In this document: positions 19,628 through 28,321 of the stretch, piece after piece | Layout: each line of letters starts with the position of its first letter | Position numbering within the stretch: the stretch's first letter is position 1 | NCBI GenBank assembly: GCA_016930775.1 | Contig: JAFGGB010000087.1 | Coordinates: 405 to 64,404 of the forward strand | Source of the DNA: Deltaproteobacteria bacterium | GTDB lineage: Bacteria > Desulfobacterota > Syntrophia > Syntrophales > UBA2210 | Reading direction: 5' to 3' | DNA: 64,000 nucleotides | Notes under the pieces: generated by a model | What the model was told of the DNA's origin: nothing | Seen by the model: the letters and a program-made list of their open reading frames with translations, nothing else | Databases searched by the model: none | Made by a program: the position numbers and the translations under genes

Positions 19628-20620
19628 TCATTCGATAAGTATGTAAGCCGACTTGAGAATGCTATAGGGTATTTCATATCCCAAAGCTTGCGCGATGCGG
19701 GTGTTTATAATCAAGTATCCTTCCTTGTTTCTTTCAACGGGAATGTGGCTGGGCGGCGTGCCTCTCAAAATCTCCAAGGCTGTCTTGGCCGCCCAAGAGC
19801 CTTGTTCCTCTGCGACTTTGGCGAAGGTAATAAACACATAGGGCGCCATAAAGTCGAGTATCGTTCCCGAAGGGATCTTCGTGTTCCTTTCGACAAAGGC
19901 AATGATATCGTCTGCTTGATCTTCGTACAGTCCGCCGTCGCTGTCGATGATCAGCATATCCACTTTATTCTGGAGTTCGAGGAATGCCTTTTTCCAATCA
20001 TCGGCATCCCGCGAGTAATATTCCGTAAGCTTGATGCCGAACTCTTTTTTATAGTTGTCCACTTCCTTGTGGGCGGATAAAAGGTCCGGCGACAAAAAGC
20101 CGACACGGTCTCCTTTGCTGTACCGCTTCAGATAATCGAGAAGCTGAGGAACCGGCGCCACTTCAATCATGCCCGTCGCATTTTTTGAGGGCAGACCATA
20201 AATCGATGCATCCCAATTAATTCCGCAAAAGACAACGGGAAGGTCGGTATTCAAATAATAAGGCATGATCAAGTATTTAGCCGCATTGTCGTCGGCGGCG
20301 ATGACCACGTCCGGCTTGAATTTTTCGATAAACTCCTTCGCCTTAAGCGCTGCTGTTTTTTTGAATTCCTCGCTTCGGTTGCGTTTGGTATCAAGCCGAA
20401 GGACTCGCACCTCGTGGATTGTACCGTTCAGCACCTCCATGACGCCGGCCGTAATGCCTTCGCTCCAGGCGTATCCCTCATGATATGAATCAATGTAGAG
20501 AATTTTTTTAGCCTGCACGATTGAACAGCCGGGAGCAATGACCAACCCCGCTGCAAAACAGGCAACCCCGAGAAAGGACGCCGCAGATCTCCTTGTGCTC
20601 CCTCGAGGGAAAAAGTGCAT
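19628..20620 (-). CDS. ABC-transporter-type substrate-binding protein (ABC_sub_bind-like), likely sensor partner
   Basis: A signal peptide, then KKILYIDSYHEGYAW...PDVVIAADDNAAKYL...LPVVFCGINWD...NATGMIE. The start is moved to the ATG at 20620 (GGAGGG 9 nt upstream). It is co-directional with the kinase and regulator. Confidence 0.65.
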   Translation of the reverse strand: MHFFPRGSTRRSAASFLGVACFAAGLVIAPGCSIVQAKKILYIDSYHEGYAWSEGITAGVMEVLNGTIHEVRVLRLDTKRNRSEEFKKTAALKAKEFIEKFKPDVVIAADDNAAKYLIMPYYLNTDLPVVFCGINWDASIYGLPSKNATGMIEVAPVPQLLDYLKRYSKGDRVGFLSPDLLSAHKEVDNYKKEFGIKLTEYYSRDADDWKKAFLELQNKVDMLIIDSDGGLYEDQADDIIAFVERNTKIPSGTILDFMAPYVFITFAKVAEEQGSWAAKTALEILRGTPPSHIPVERNKEGYLIINTRIAQALGYEIPYSILKSAYILIE

Positions 20621-20945
20621 TTTACACCGCCCTCCGGCATTCAACCGGCAGTCTGCCGGCCATAATAAAACCCGACGATATTCCTCTGACGATTGTCCGT
20701 CGCTCAGCAGGCTGTGCCGTCATAACCGGTACATCGATGCCATCGCAGCCGACCCGCTGCAACCGGTCGCTTCGCCGGTCTATAATAATAATGGCTTATA
20801 AGGCATTGTGTGGAGGATACCTGAACGGTTTCATTTGTCAAGAAGAGCGGCTGCTCCGTTGAACCGCCATGCCAGACAACCTCTTGTGTGGGAAGGCCCT
20901 TCTGTGCATAATGGGTCGCCATGAATTATACGGAGGTTGCAATCA

Positions 20946-21479
20946 ATGAACACTGGAAATCTGTCAGAGGATGCCCGGCAACGGGCCCGCAATCATCACG
21001 CCCAAGGGCTCAACTGCGCCGAAAGCACCCTTAGAGGCGTTCTGGAAGTGCTGAGAGAAGAAGGCGTCACCGACGTTTCCCTGGAGGCAACGCTCCTGGC
21101 CTCGGGATTGGGCGGCGGCATCGGCGGCAGCGGCGCCACCTGCGGCGCCCTCATCGGCGCCTCCATGGCCATCGGCACCGTTCATGGCAGGAAAGATCCA
21201 TATGCTCTTGCCACGTTCGAGGAGCGGAGGGATCAACTTAACGGCCCAGAGGGACTCTATCGAGTTTTTAATAATCTCGTTCATGATTTCAAAAAGACCA
21301 TGGGAACCACAAGCTGCGCGGAGCTCACGTGCCCCTATGACTACCGAAGCGAAGAGCGTAAGCAGTTCTGCAGAAATATCATCGGCGACGGAGCGGCCCT
21401 GGCGGTGGCATGGACAATCAGAGCCCTGGAAGAGGGATATCGTTTGCCCTACCGGTACAATATCATGGGCGATAAATGA
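20946..21479 (+). CDS. C_GCAxxG_C_C family (putative redox-active, Cys-rich) protein
   Basis: GLNCAES ... GGSGATCGALIGASMAIG ... TSCAELTC ... FCRN matches the family's spaced Cys/CGAxxG pattern. The ATG at 20946 is preceded by GGAGG. Confidence 0.75.
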   Translation: MNTGNLSEDARQRARNHHAQGLNCAESTLRGVLEVLREEGVTDVSLEATLLASGLGGGIGGSGATCGALIGASMAIGTVHGRKDPYALATFEERRDQLNGPEGLYRVFNNLVHDFKKTMGTTSCAELTCPYDYRSEERKQFCRNIIGDGAALAVAWTIRALEEGYRLPYRYNIMGDK

Positions 21480-21503
21480 CATCACCCTGTTCAGAGTCAA
21501 AAT

Positions 21504-22199
21504 TTACAGGATTCCCCTTTCCTTAAAGGAGGTATACCCCCGAGCGCTTATGATCAGATGATCCAGGGGCGTTATATCGACGGCGCGGCAGGCGCCCGTA
21601 AGCCTTTCGGTTATGATTCTGTCCTGTTCGCTCGGTTCAAGGTCCCCCGATGGGTGATTATGGACGAAAATGACCGCCGATGCTTTCAGATCCAGCGCTC
21701 GCTTGATAACTTCCCGGGGGTAGACTGCCGATTGATTCACTGTGCCTTTGAAAAGGTCCTCCATGGCAAGGATCGCATTGCCCGTCGTGAGATAGATGAC
21801 TCGGAAGATCTCCTCCGTCAGACCTGCCATGGAAAGCGACAGGTATTCGACCACATCCGCCGGTCCCCCGATTACCCTGAGATCCATGACGCCTTCCCGA
21901 AGCTGCCGCTTGGCCAGTTCCGAAGCGGCCATGATCTGGGCAACTTTGGCGCGGCCGAGTCCTTTCACGGATTTGAGATCCTTATCCCTGGCGTTCATAA
22001 TGCCCCTTAGCCCTCCGAACCGTTCGAGAAGCCTCCGTCCCAGAGCAACGGCATCGGTTCCGGCCGTCCCCGTGCGAAGCAGAATGGCAAGCAGTCCCGC
22101 ATCGGACACGAATGCAGCGCCTTTGTCCAACAGGACCTCCCGGGGACGCTCGGACGGAGGCCATTTCTTTATGCCGCCACTGACCCGTGGTGATTCCAT
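21504..22199 (-). CDS. radC: RadC-family JAB/MPN domain protein
   Basis: PSERPREVLL, LLAILLRTGTAG and an HhH region (GLGRAKVAQI). The JAMM motif reads FVHNHPSGDLEPSEQD. The start is moved to the ATG at 22199, which is preceded by AAGGAGG. Confidence 0.9.
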   Translation of the reverse strand: MESPRVSGGIKKWPPSERPREVLLDKGAAFVSDAGLLAILLRTGTAGTDAVALGRRLLERFGGLRGIMNARDKDLKSVKGLGRAKVAQIMAASELAKRQLREGVMDLRVIGGPADVVEYLSLSMAGLTEEIFRVIYLTTGNAILAMEDLFKGTVNQSAVYPREVIKRALDLKASAVIFVHNHPSGDLEPSEQDRIITERLTGACRAVDITPLDHLIISARGYTSFKERGIL

Positions 22200-22386
22200 G
22201 GAATCCTCCTTTTTCACAAATGCAGCATAGTTCGCAAGCGACAGAGAAGAACGCCGGCGCCCGAGCGGATCCAATTGTGAGGCGCCATTTTCCTTGTACC
22301 AGAAATCCGCCTTCACCGCACCTGCTATATCGATCTTCTCGGTCGAGGCAGCAACGAGAGCCTTGACAGAACGCATTAGTTGATAT

Positions 22387-23391
22387 ATGCATCTGTTGCA
22401 TGATACATCTATCTTGGGAGGATCTCTTTTGATTGAAGGAAATGCCCTGAATGCATTTAGAAAAAACCTGCGACGGCTTGAATGGTTTCTGGTGGATTAT
22501 CTGAAGGAATCGGGATGCTGCACTGATGTGACGCTTGCCCAGTGTCACGCCCTTATTGAAATCGGCGAGAAAGGCGGGGCGACGATCATGGAACTGGCCC
22601 AGGCTCTCGATTTGGACAAGAGCACCGTAAGCCGCACGGTCGACGGTCTTGCTGCCGAAGGATTGATTCTCCGGCAAATACATCCCTCCGATCGGCGATA
22701 TATTTCCGTGACCCTCACGGGCGAGGGCATGAAGCTCTTCAGCAAGATCAACGGGGCCAACAATGCTTTTTTCGGCACATTGCTGGATGTTTTAGAGGAA
22801 CATCAGATTGATGTCATCCTCGATCACTTCGGCATCCTCGTTGAGGCATTAACTGCGAGAAGAACCTCTCTTTCTCCGCCGCAGCCGTGCTGTTCCTCCT
22901 TCACGGGAGGGGAACGACCCTTCGTCGGCCGCACTCCCGAGGAAACGGCGGAAAAAGCCTTTTCCCTCTTTCAATCGGGTTTCTGCTGCAGCGAAAGCGT
23001 TCTTATGGCCCTGGCCGAACACTGGAATATTCGATCTTCTTTGATTCCCAAAGCGGCAACCGGTTTTTGCAGCGGCCTGGCCCGAACAAAGGGAACCTGC
23101 GGGGCCGTCGCCGGCGCCATTATGGCCGTCAACATGATGACCGGCCGAAACGAAGCGCATCATCCACGAGACCGGAACTTCACGGCTGTCGGCTCGGTTG
23201 TCGAGGGATTTATTAAACTCTTCGGTTCCATAAACTGCTATGACCTCACAGGCCTCGATCTTGGAACCGAAGCGGGTCGAAAAAAAATAACGGGAAGCGG
23301 TGCAATGGAAAACTGCTGGCGCTATGCCCGCGAGGCCGCACTTCTGGCCCTGAAGGCCGTCGAATCCGATGAACTGAAAGGAACATCATGA
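22387..23391 (+). CDS. MarR-type winged-helix regulator fused to a C_GCAxxG_C_C domain
   Basis: The N-terminal ~150 aa look MarR-like (LAQCHALIEIGEKGGATIMELAQALDLDKSTVSRTVDGLAAEGLILRQIHPSDRRYISVTLTGEG). The C-terminal ~150 aa carry FCCSES ... GTCGAVAGAIMAV ... NCYDL ... ENCW. An alternative TTG start lies at 22429, 6 nt after GGGAGGA. Confidence 0.75.
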   Translation: MHLLHDTSILGGSLLIEGNALNAFRKNLRRLEWFLVDYLKESGCCTDVTLAQCHALIEIGEKGGATIMELAQALDLDKSTVSRTVDGLAAEGLILRQIHPSDRRYISVTLTGEGMKLFSKINGANNAFFGTLLDVLEEHQIDVILDHFGILVEALTARRTSLSPPQPCCSSFTGGERPFVGRTPEETAEKAFSLFQSGFCCSESVLMALAEHWNIRSSLIPKAATGFCSGLARTKGTCGAVAGAIMAVNMMTGRNEAHHPRDRNFTAVGSVVEGFIKLFGSINCYDLTGLDLGTEAGRKKITGSGAMENCWRYAREAALLALKAVESDELKGTS

Positions 23392-23495
23392 ACGACATGG
23401 CATGGACGCAGAAACTTCTCGCCGATCCATCGGCACAGACACATTGCGCATCAACGACGCTAAGCTCCTTGTGAGGCAAATCCAGCGGGGTTCAG

Positions 23496-24557
23496 TTGAA
23501 CCCTCCACGCTTCGAGCAGCCGTTCGTCATCGGCGCGATCGACTCTTCATGCGGAGCGGTTCCCCGAATTTCCTCACTGATCACGTGGCGGGACCGTCTC
23601 GGGGCATTCAAGGTCCGCTGGCGCATCAACCGTATGGGTTATGTCGTCGATCCCGGTCTCTACGCCCTGGGTCAACCGAACAAAAAATCGCCGATTCTCG
23701 TCACGGCAAACTACAAATTGAGCTTCGACAAGCTGAGGGAACGTCTAACGGGCCGGGATTTCTGGATTCTCGTCGTCGATACGAAAGGAGTCAACGTGTG
23801 GTGCGCAGCCGGCAAGGGTTCTTTCGGAACGGAGGAACTGGTCCGCCGAATTGCCGCCGCGCGACTGACGGAAGTTGTTAACCACAGGACTATTATTCTC
23901 CCCCAGCTGGCCGGACCCGGCGTAGCGGCCCATCTGGTGAAACAGCTGTCAGGATTCAACGTTCGCTACGGTCCCATCAGGGCTGCCGACCTGATCGAAT
24001 ACCTCGACGCCGGAATGAAGGCGTCACCATCCATGAGGGAGGAATCCTTCTCCCTTGCCGAACGGATTGTCTTGGTTCCCGTTGAACTAGTTGCGGCATT
24101 AAAGGCGGCTTTCTTCATCATTGTTGCCCTGTTCTTTACGGCGGGTCTCGGCGCCGAAGGCCACTATTGGCAATCGACGCTTGCAAAAGGACCGGCAGCA
24201 GCGGCGGCGATTGGACTGGCTCTTCTCGCAGGCACAGTGGCGGTTCCGGTTCTCTTGCCGTGCATTCCCGGAAGAGCCTTCACTGCCAAAGGCATTTTAG
24301 TCGGATTAGCCGCATCGTTTCTTTTCCTCGTTCTTACAGGGACCTTTAATGAACAGGCAATGAATATTCTCGAGAAATCCGCCTGGATTCTAATTATCAC
24401 CGCCGCGACGGCGTACCTCGCGATGAATTTCACCGGCGCCTCCACCTTCACATCCCTTTCGGGCGTCAAGAAAGAGATGCGCTGGGGACTGCCGGTCGAG
24501 ATCGCCGGGGCTGTTGCAGGGATTGTCCTGTTGATCGCCTCACGGCTCGCCTTTTAG
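23496..24557 (+). CDS. hgcA: mercury methylation corrinoid protein HgcA
   Basis: The diagnostic cap-helix motif GVNVWCAAGKGSFGT is present (Cys codon at 23802-23804). It is preceded by SPILVTANYKLSFD and followed by about 5 predicted TM helices. The start is a TTG; see the finding on the upstream in-frame TGA. Confidence 0.9.
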   Translation: MNPPRFEQPFVIGAIDSSCGAVPRISSLITWRDRLGAFKVRWRINRMGYVVDPGLYALGQPNKKSPILVTANYKLSFDKLRERLTGRDFWILVVDTKGVNVWCAAGKGSFGTEELVRRIAAARLTEVVNHRTIILPQLAGPGVAAHLVKQLSGFNVRYGPIRAADLIEYLDAGMKASPSMREESFSLAERIVLVPVELVAALKAAFFIIVALFFTAGLGAEGHYWQSTLAKGPAAAAAIGLALLAGTVAVPVLLPCIPGRAFTAKGILVGLAASFLFLVLTGTFNEQAMNILEKSAWILIITAATAYLAMNFTGASTFTSLSGVKKEMRWGLPVEIAGAVAGIVLLIASRLAF

Positions 24558-24567
24558 GAGTTTTCAT

Positions 24568-24879
24568 ATGTCGAACTTTGAATATCTGCAAAATGTTGTA
24601 ACCCTTCAGCTCGATCAGGCGGCATGCATCGGCTGCGGCATGTGCATAGAGGTCTGTCCCCGGTCGGTCTTGTCGATCCCTGCCGGCATCGCTCGCATCG
24701 AACGGCGCGACCGATGCATCGAATGCGGCGCCTGCATGCGCAACTGTCCCGTTGGGGCGGTTGCCGTGAGATCCGGCGTCGGTTGCGCCGCCGCCGTGAT
24801 CAACAGCCTGCTGGGTCGAAAAGGCGGCTGCTGTTGCACCATCGACGAGAGCTCCAGCGATAAGGGGTGCTTTTGCTGA
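24568..24879 (+). CDS. hgcB: mercury methylation ferredoxin HgcB (2x[4Fe-4S])
   Basis: CIGCGMCIEVCP and CIECGACMRNCP clusters, a C-terminal vicinal Cys run (GGCCC) and a terminal CFC. It starts 11 nt after hgcA. Confidence 0.9.
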   Translation: MSNFEYLQNVVTLQLDQAACIGCGMCIEVCPRSVLSIPAGIARIERRDRCIECGACMRNCPVGAVAVRSGVGCAAAVINSLLGRKGGCCCTIDESSSDKGCFC

Positions 24880-24927
24880 TTATCGACTCTGTGCAATCAA
24901 ATCTTTCAATAAACATCGACAGGCAGA

Positions 24928-24956
24928 TTGGCACAGCCTATTGACGATTGTAATTT
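24928..24956 (+). promoter_or_regulatory. sigma-70-like promoter candidate for the DEAD-box helicase (long 5' UTR)
   Basis: TTGGCA - 17 nt - TAATTT. This would give a ~220-nt leader, as is common for cold-shock DEAD-box helicase genes. Confidence 0.3.
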
Positions 24957-25178
24957 GCACAGAATGCCCCGCCGGGGAAGCGATCGATGAAACTTTCTCG
25001 GCATTTCAAGGTTGTGCCGAGGGAAAATCAAAATATTTTCCTTGCATTCGCTTCTCACAAAGACTATAAGAGTGCCCTGCCTACGAAAACAATCAACTTG
25101 TTCCGTAATCAGAATAAATCAGAACAACATCGAGCTGAGAGTGCAACTTGGCTCCATGGAGTCAAGGAGAACTTTACA

Positions 25179-26543
25179 GTGAGTTTTGAACAATTTTCTT
25201 TCGACCGGCGCATCTTGGCCAGCATTAAGGCGGCCGGGTATACCGAGCCGACCCCCATTCAGCAGAAAGCGATACCCGTCGTGACCGAAGGGCGCGACGT
25301 ACTAGGCATCGCCCAGACAGGTACGGGCAAAACGGCAGCCTTCATGCTGCCCATTCTCGAGCGGCTGAGGAAAAATCCCTCTCGCACTGTCCGCGCCCTT
25401 ATCATCGCTCCCACGCGGGAACTCGCCGAACAGATCTACGTGGCGGGTCTTGCTCTCGGGAAAAAAACCAATGTGCGGAGCATCACCATCTACGGCGGCG
25501 TGAGCAAATCGGCTCAGGCGGCAAAACTGCGGAGCGGCGCCGATATCATCGTAGCCTGCCCCGGCCGCTTGCTCGACCATATCAACGATCGCAACATCAA
25601 CCTGTCGTCCATTGAGGTATTGGTCCTGGATGAGGCGGACCGGATGTGCGACATGGGCTTTCTGCCCGACATTCGGCGGATAATCAAACATCTTCCGGCG
25701 CAACGGCAGACTCTTTTTTTCTCGGCAACAATGCCGCAGGATATCCGTTCCCTGGCGGACAGCATTTTGAAAGACCCCGTTACGGTGCAGATCGGCATGA
25801 TGACGCCGGCGGCGACGGTTTCTCACGCTCTTTATCCCACGCCGGACAGTCTCAAAACGAAACTTCTCATGTCCATGTTGCAGCAGACGCCGACAGGCCG
25901 GGTCCTTATTTTCACTCGCACCAAACGGCGCGCTCAGAACCTCGCCCTTGATTTGGGACACAATGGCTACCGTGCATCGGCTCTCCAGGGCAACATGGCG
26001 CAGAACCAGCGACAAAGTGCGATCAACGGCTTCAGGGATGGCAGGTATGACATTCTTGTCGCCACCGATATAGCTTCCCGGGGTATTGATGTATCTGAGA
26101 TTTCACACGTTATTAATTTCGATATGCCCGATACGGTGGATGCATACACTCATCGAATCGGCCGCACCGGCCGGGCTAATCGCTCCGGCGAGGCCTTCAC
26201 CCTAGCATCGCATGCGGATGAACAACTGATCCGTGACATTGAAAAGGCATTGGGCGCACGAATCGATCGGCGACGCGTGCCCGATTTCGACTACGGCCCC
26301 TTTTCACCGGAACAGCTGTTCCAGGAAAACCGGCCCTATCATCGTTCACGGCAGGGACAGTCATACCGAACCGACCGTCCTCGGTACGCTTCTACGCGCC
26401 CGAAAACATGGACGCCAGCTGTCAAGGAAACCCGGAGCTACGCTGTAAATGCCGCCGGAGAATCCGCCGCGACGGACACTGCATCGAGCCGCAACCATCA
26501 ACGGTCAACTCGGCGCTTCACACCGACCCGACGCACCTGGTAG
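25179..26543 (+). CDS. DEAD-box ATP-dependent RNA helicase (RhlE/DeaD-like)
   Basis: Q motif (F..L......GYTEPTPIQ), AQTGTGKT, PTRELA, VLDEADRM (DEAD), SAT and HRIGRTGRA, followed by a basic R/S-rich tail. I prefer the GTG at 25179 (AAGGAGA 7-8 nt upstream) over the track's ATG at 24987, which adds 64 non-homologous residues. Confidence 0.9.
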   Translation: MSFEQFSFDRRILASIKAAGYTEPTPIQQKAIPVVTEGRDVLGIAQTGTGKTAAFMLPILERLRKNPSRTVRALIIAPTRELAEQIYVAGLALGKKTNVRSITIYGGVSKSAQAAKLRSGADIIVACPGRLLDHINDRNINLSSIEVLVLDEADRMCDMGFLPDIRRIIKHLPAQRQTLFFSATMPQDIRSLADSILKDPVTVQIGMMTPAATVSHALYPTPDSLKTKLLMSMLQQTPTGRVLIFTRTKRRAQNLALDLGHNGYRASALQGNMAQNQRQSAINGFRDGRYDILVATDIASRGIDVSEISHVINFDMPDTVDAYTHRIGRTGRANRSGEAFTLASHADEQLIRDIEKALGARIDRRRVPDFDYGPFSPEQLFQENRPYHRSRQGQSYRTDRPRYASTRPKTWTPAVKETRSYAVNAAGESAATDTASSRNHQRSTRRFTPTRRTW

Positions 26544-26579
26544 AATGAAGAACCTCTAATCGCCCTGCAGCACTGCAAG

Positions 26580-26621
26580 CCTGTCAGGCCTTGAAATGTC
26601 TCTCAAGACCTGACAGGTTTT
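26580..26621 (+). terminator. rho-independent terminator of the helicase gene
   Basis: CCTGTCAGG ... CCTGACAGG is a 9-bp stem with further inner pairing (CTTGA/TCAAG), followed by TTTT. Confidence 0.7.
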
Positions 26622-26780
26622 CCGACTCCGACCGCCTGCCAAATTAAAACCGTTAATTTTTCACGATACTGATTTACCGATCGGGAGGTCGTTGCCATAA
26701 CGAATCTTCGTGTTCATCAGCATTTCGGGGGTGAAACTGAAAACCCCAAAGATTTACGATAGGGAATATCCGCAGGGCTT

Positions 26781-27326
26781 TCATCGAATCCGGTTATGAC
26801 AGTCGGGACACTCACGGACAAACCAGTAGAGTCGTTTGCCGCAGCTAGGACACTTGCCGGCTTTTTTCTGATCTTCCAGCCAACGTTCGATCCCCTGATC
26901 CTTGATATACTGTAAATTCTCGATGAGCTTTTCATGGTGAGAAATGTCGTTTACGACATGAATGTCCTTGAAGGCCCTGAGACGATCGCAGGGAAACTCT
27001 CCGCACTGAAAACACCATGCAACGTTCTGTTCCTCCGCACACGTTCGGAAACCATGCCTGCACTCCACGCAAAGACGGAAGACCCGGTCAGAGCGACAGC
27101 CGTCGCAACGGACTTCTTCAACGGGAAGGTCGTATGCTTGAGAAAGCTGTTCTAATTGATCGATATCCTTTTCCCGGCCGGCAAGATAGAAAGGGCACGT
27201 TCCGCAATAGATGCCGCAGATGCCGACGAGTTCTCTTCCACCGGATTGCGTCATGACTGTCTCGCTTTCATTGTGGCGGATTTTTTTGTTACCCAGGGAA
27301 TGCCTCTTCCCCCGGCGCCGGGCCAT
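26781..27326 (-). CDS. DUF3795-like Cys-rich protein
   Basis: GICGIYCGTCPFY, CDGCRS, CVECRHGFRTC, CFQCGEFPC and a C-terminal CPSCG...CPDC. The ATG abuts the upstream stop (TAAATG). An alternative start lies at 27254. Confidence 0.65.
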   Translation of the reverse strand: MARRRGKRHSLGNKKIRHNESETVMTQSGGRELVGICGIYCGTCPFYLAGREKDIDQLEQLSQAYDLPVEEVRCDGCRSDRVFRLCVECRHGFRTCAEEQNVAWCFQCGEFPCDRLRAFKDIHVVNDISHHEKLIENLQYIKDQGIERWLEDQKKAGKCPSCGKRLYWFVRECPDCHNRIR

Positions 27327-28133
27327 TTAGTCTTCCAGCTTAACAGGATTCTCAAGACGCCCGATCTGTTCAATTTCGATAGTCACATTGTCCCTCGGTT
27401 GAAGAAAAACCGGCGGCTTCCGGGTAAAACCAACGCCGCTGGGAGTTCCCGTGAGAATGACCGTTCCCGGGAGCAGCGTCATGGATCTGCTGAGGTCGCT
27501 GACAATGTCTGCAATGCCGAAACACAGGTCCGATGTTCGAGCATCCTGCATAATCTTTTTATTGAGGATTGTTCGTATGGCAAGGTCGTCGGGATTCTTT
27601 ATTTCATCCTTCGTGACTATCCATGGTCCCAAGGGACAGAAGGTATCGAAGCTTTTGCCCCGGGCCCACTGGCCCTTCTGTTTGTGGATCTGCCAATCTC
27701 TGGCACTTACATCGTTGGCGCAACAGTATCCGAAGATATGTTCGAATGCCCTCTCGAGGGGTATGTTCTTGCCCGGTTTTCCTACGATAATGGCAAGTTC
27801 CGCCTCGTAGTCAACTTCACCCGGTCCGGCTTTGGGCAATAGAATCGTTTCACCCGGACCGATTACGCTGTTGGCGCCTTTAAGGAACATTACCGGCAAT
27901 TCCGGGTACGACATGCCCGTTTCTTCTGCATGCTTCTTATAATTAAGGCCCAGCGCGATGATATTCGCGGGAATGACGGGGGCCAGCATTGTGCGAATCC
28001 CTTCCCGCCGTTGCGTTATTTTATGATCCCCGAAGAGTGCGCCCTGCAGGACTGCCGCTTCGTCCGGCTTGTTCACATCATAGACCCCGTGAAGGATCTC
28101 GCCTCCCTGCGACTGGAACCGACATATTTTCAT
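27327..28133 (-). CDS. fumarylacetoacetate hydrolase (FAH) family protein
   Basis: IIALGLNYKKHAEE, VDYEAELAIIVGK, FGYCCANDVSARDWQ and PGTVILTGTPSGVG. The start is at MKICRF (28133). Confidence 0.88.
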   Translation of the reverse strand: MKICRFQSQGGEILHGVYDVNKPDEAAVLQGALFGDHKITQRREGIRTMLAPVIPANIIALGLNYKKHAEETGMSYPELPVMFLKGANSVIGPGETILLPKAGPGEVDYEAELAIIVGKPGKNIPLERAFEHIFGYCCANDVSARDWQIHKQKGQWARGKSFDTFCPLGPWIVTKDEIKNPDDLAIRTILNKKIMQDARTSDLCFGIADIVSDLSRSMTLLPGTVILTGTPSGVGFTRKPPVFLQPRDNVTIEIEQIGRLENPVKLED

Positions 28134-28321
28134 CGTACCCCTCTCTCGCCCGTTCTTTTTTCTGGACGATACTATAATCAGCCCGTTCCGAAAATTCAAC
28201 GTTCAAATGGCTGCCATGAAATTATTGACAATGGCCGACCTTGGCCCCATAGTATGGTGCGAGTCCGGCCACGACAAAGCAACTCGGGCTTTTCCACTAT
28301 ACCGACCGGCAGGGTAGCCTG

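Noticed and set aside
23402-23881. 159-aa + strand ORF overlapping the start of hgcA in another frame.
   Set aside because: Its translation is Arg-rich and motif-free. The hgcA frame carries the diagnostic NVWCAAGK motif.
24987-25178. ATG at 24987 as the start of the DEAD-box helicase.
   Set aside because: The 64 extra residues have no helicase similarity and no SD. The GTG at 25179 sits right before the Q motif and has an AAGGAGA SD.
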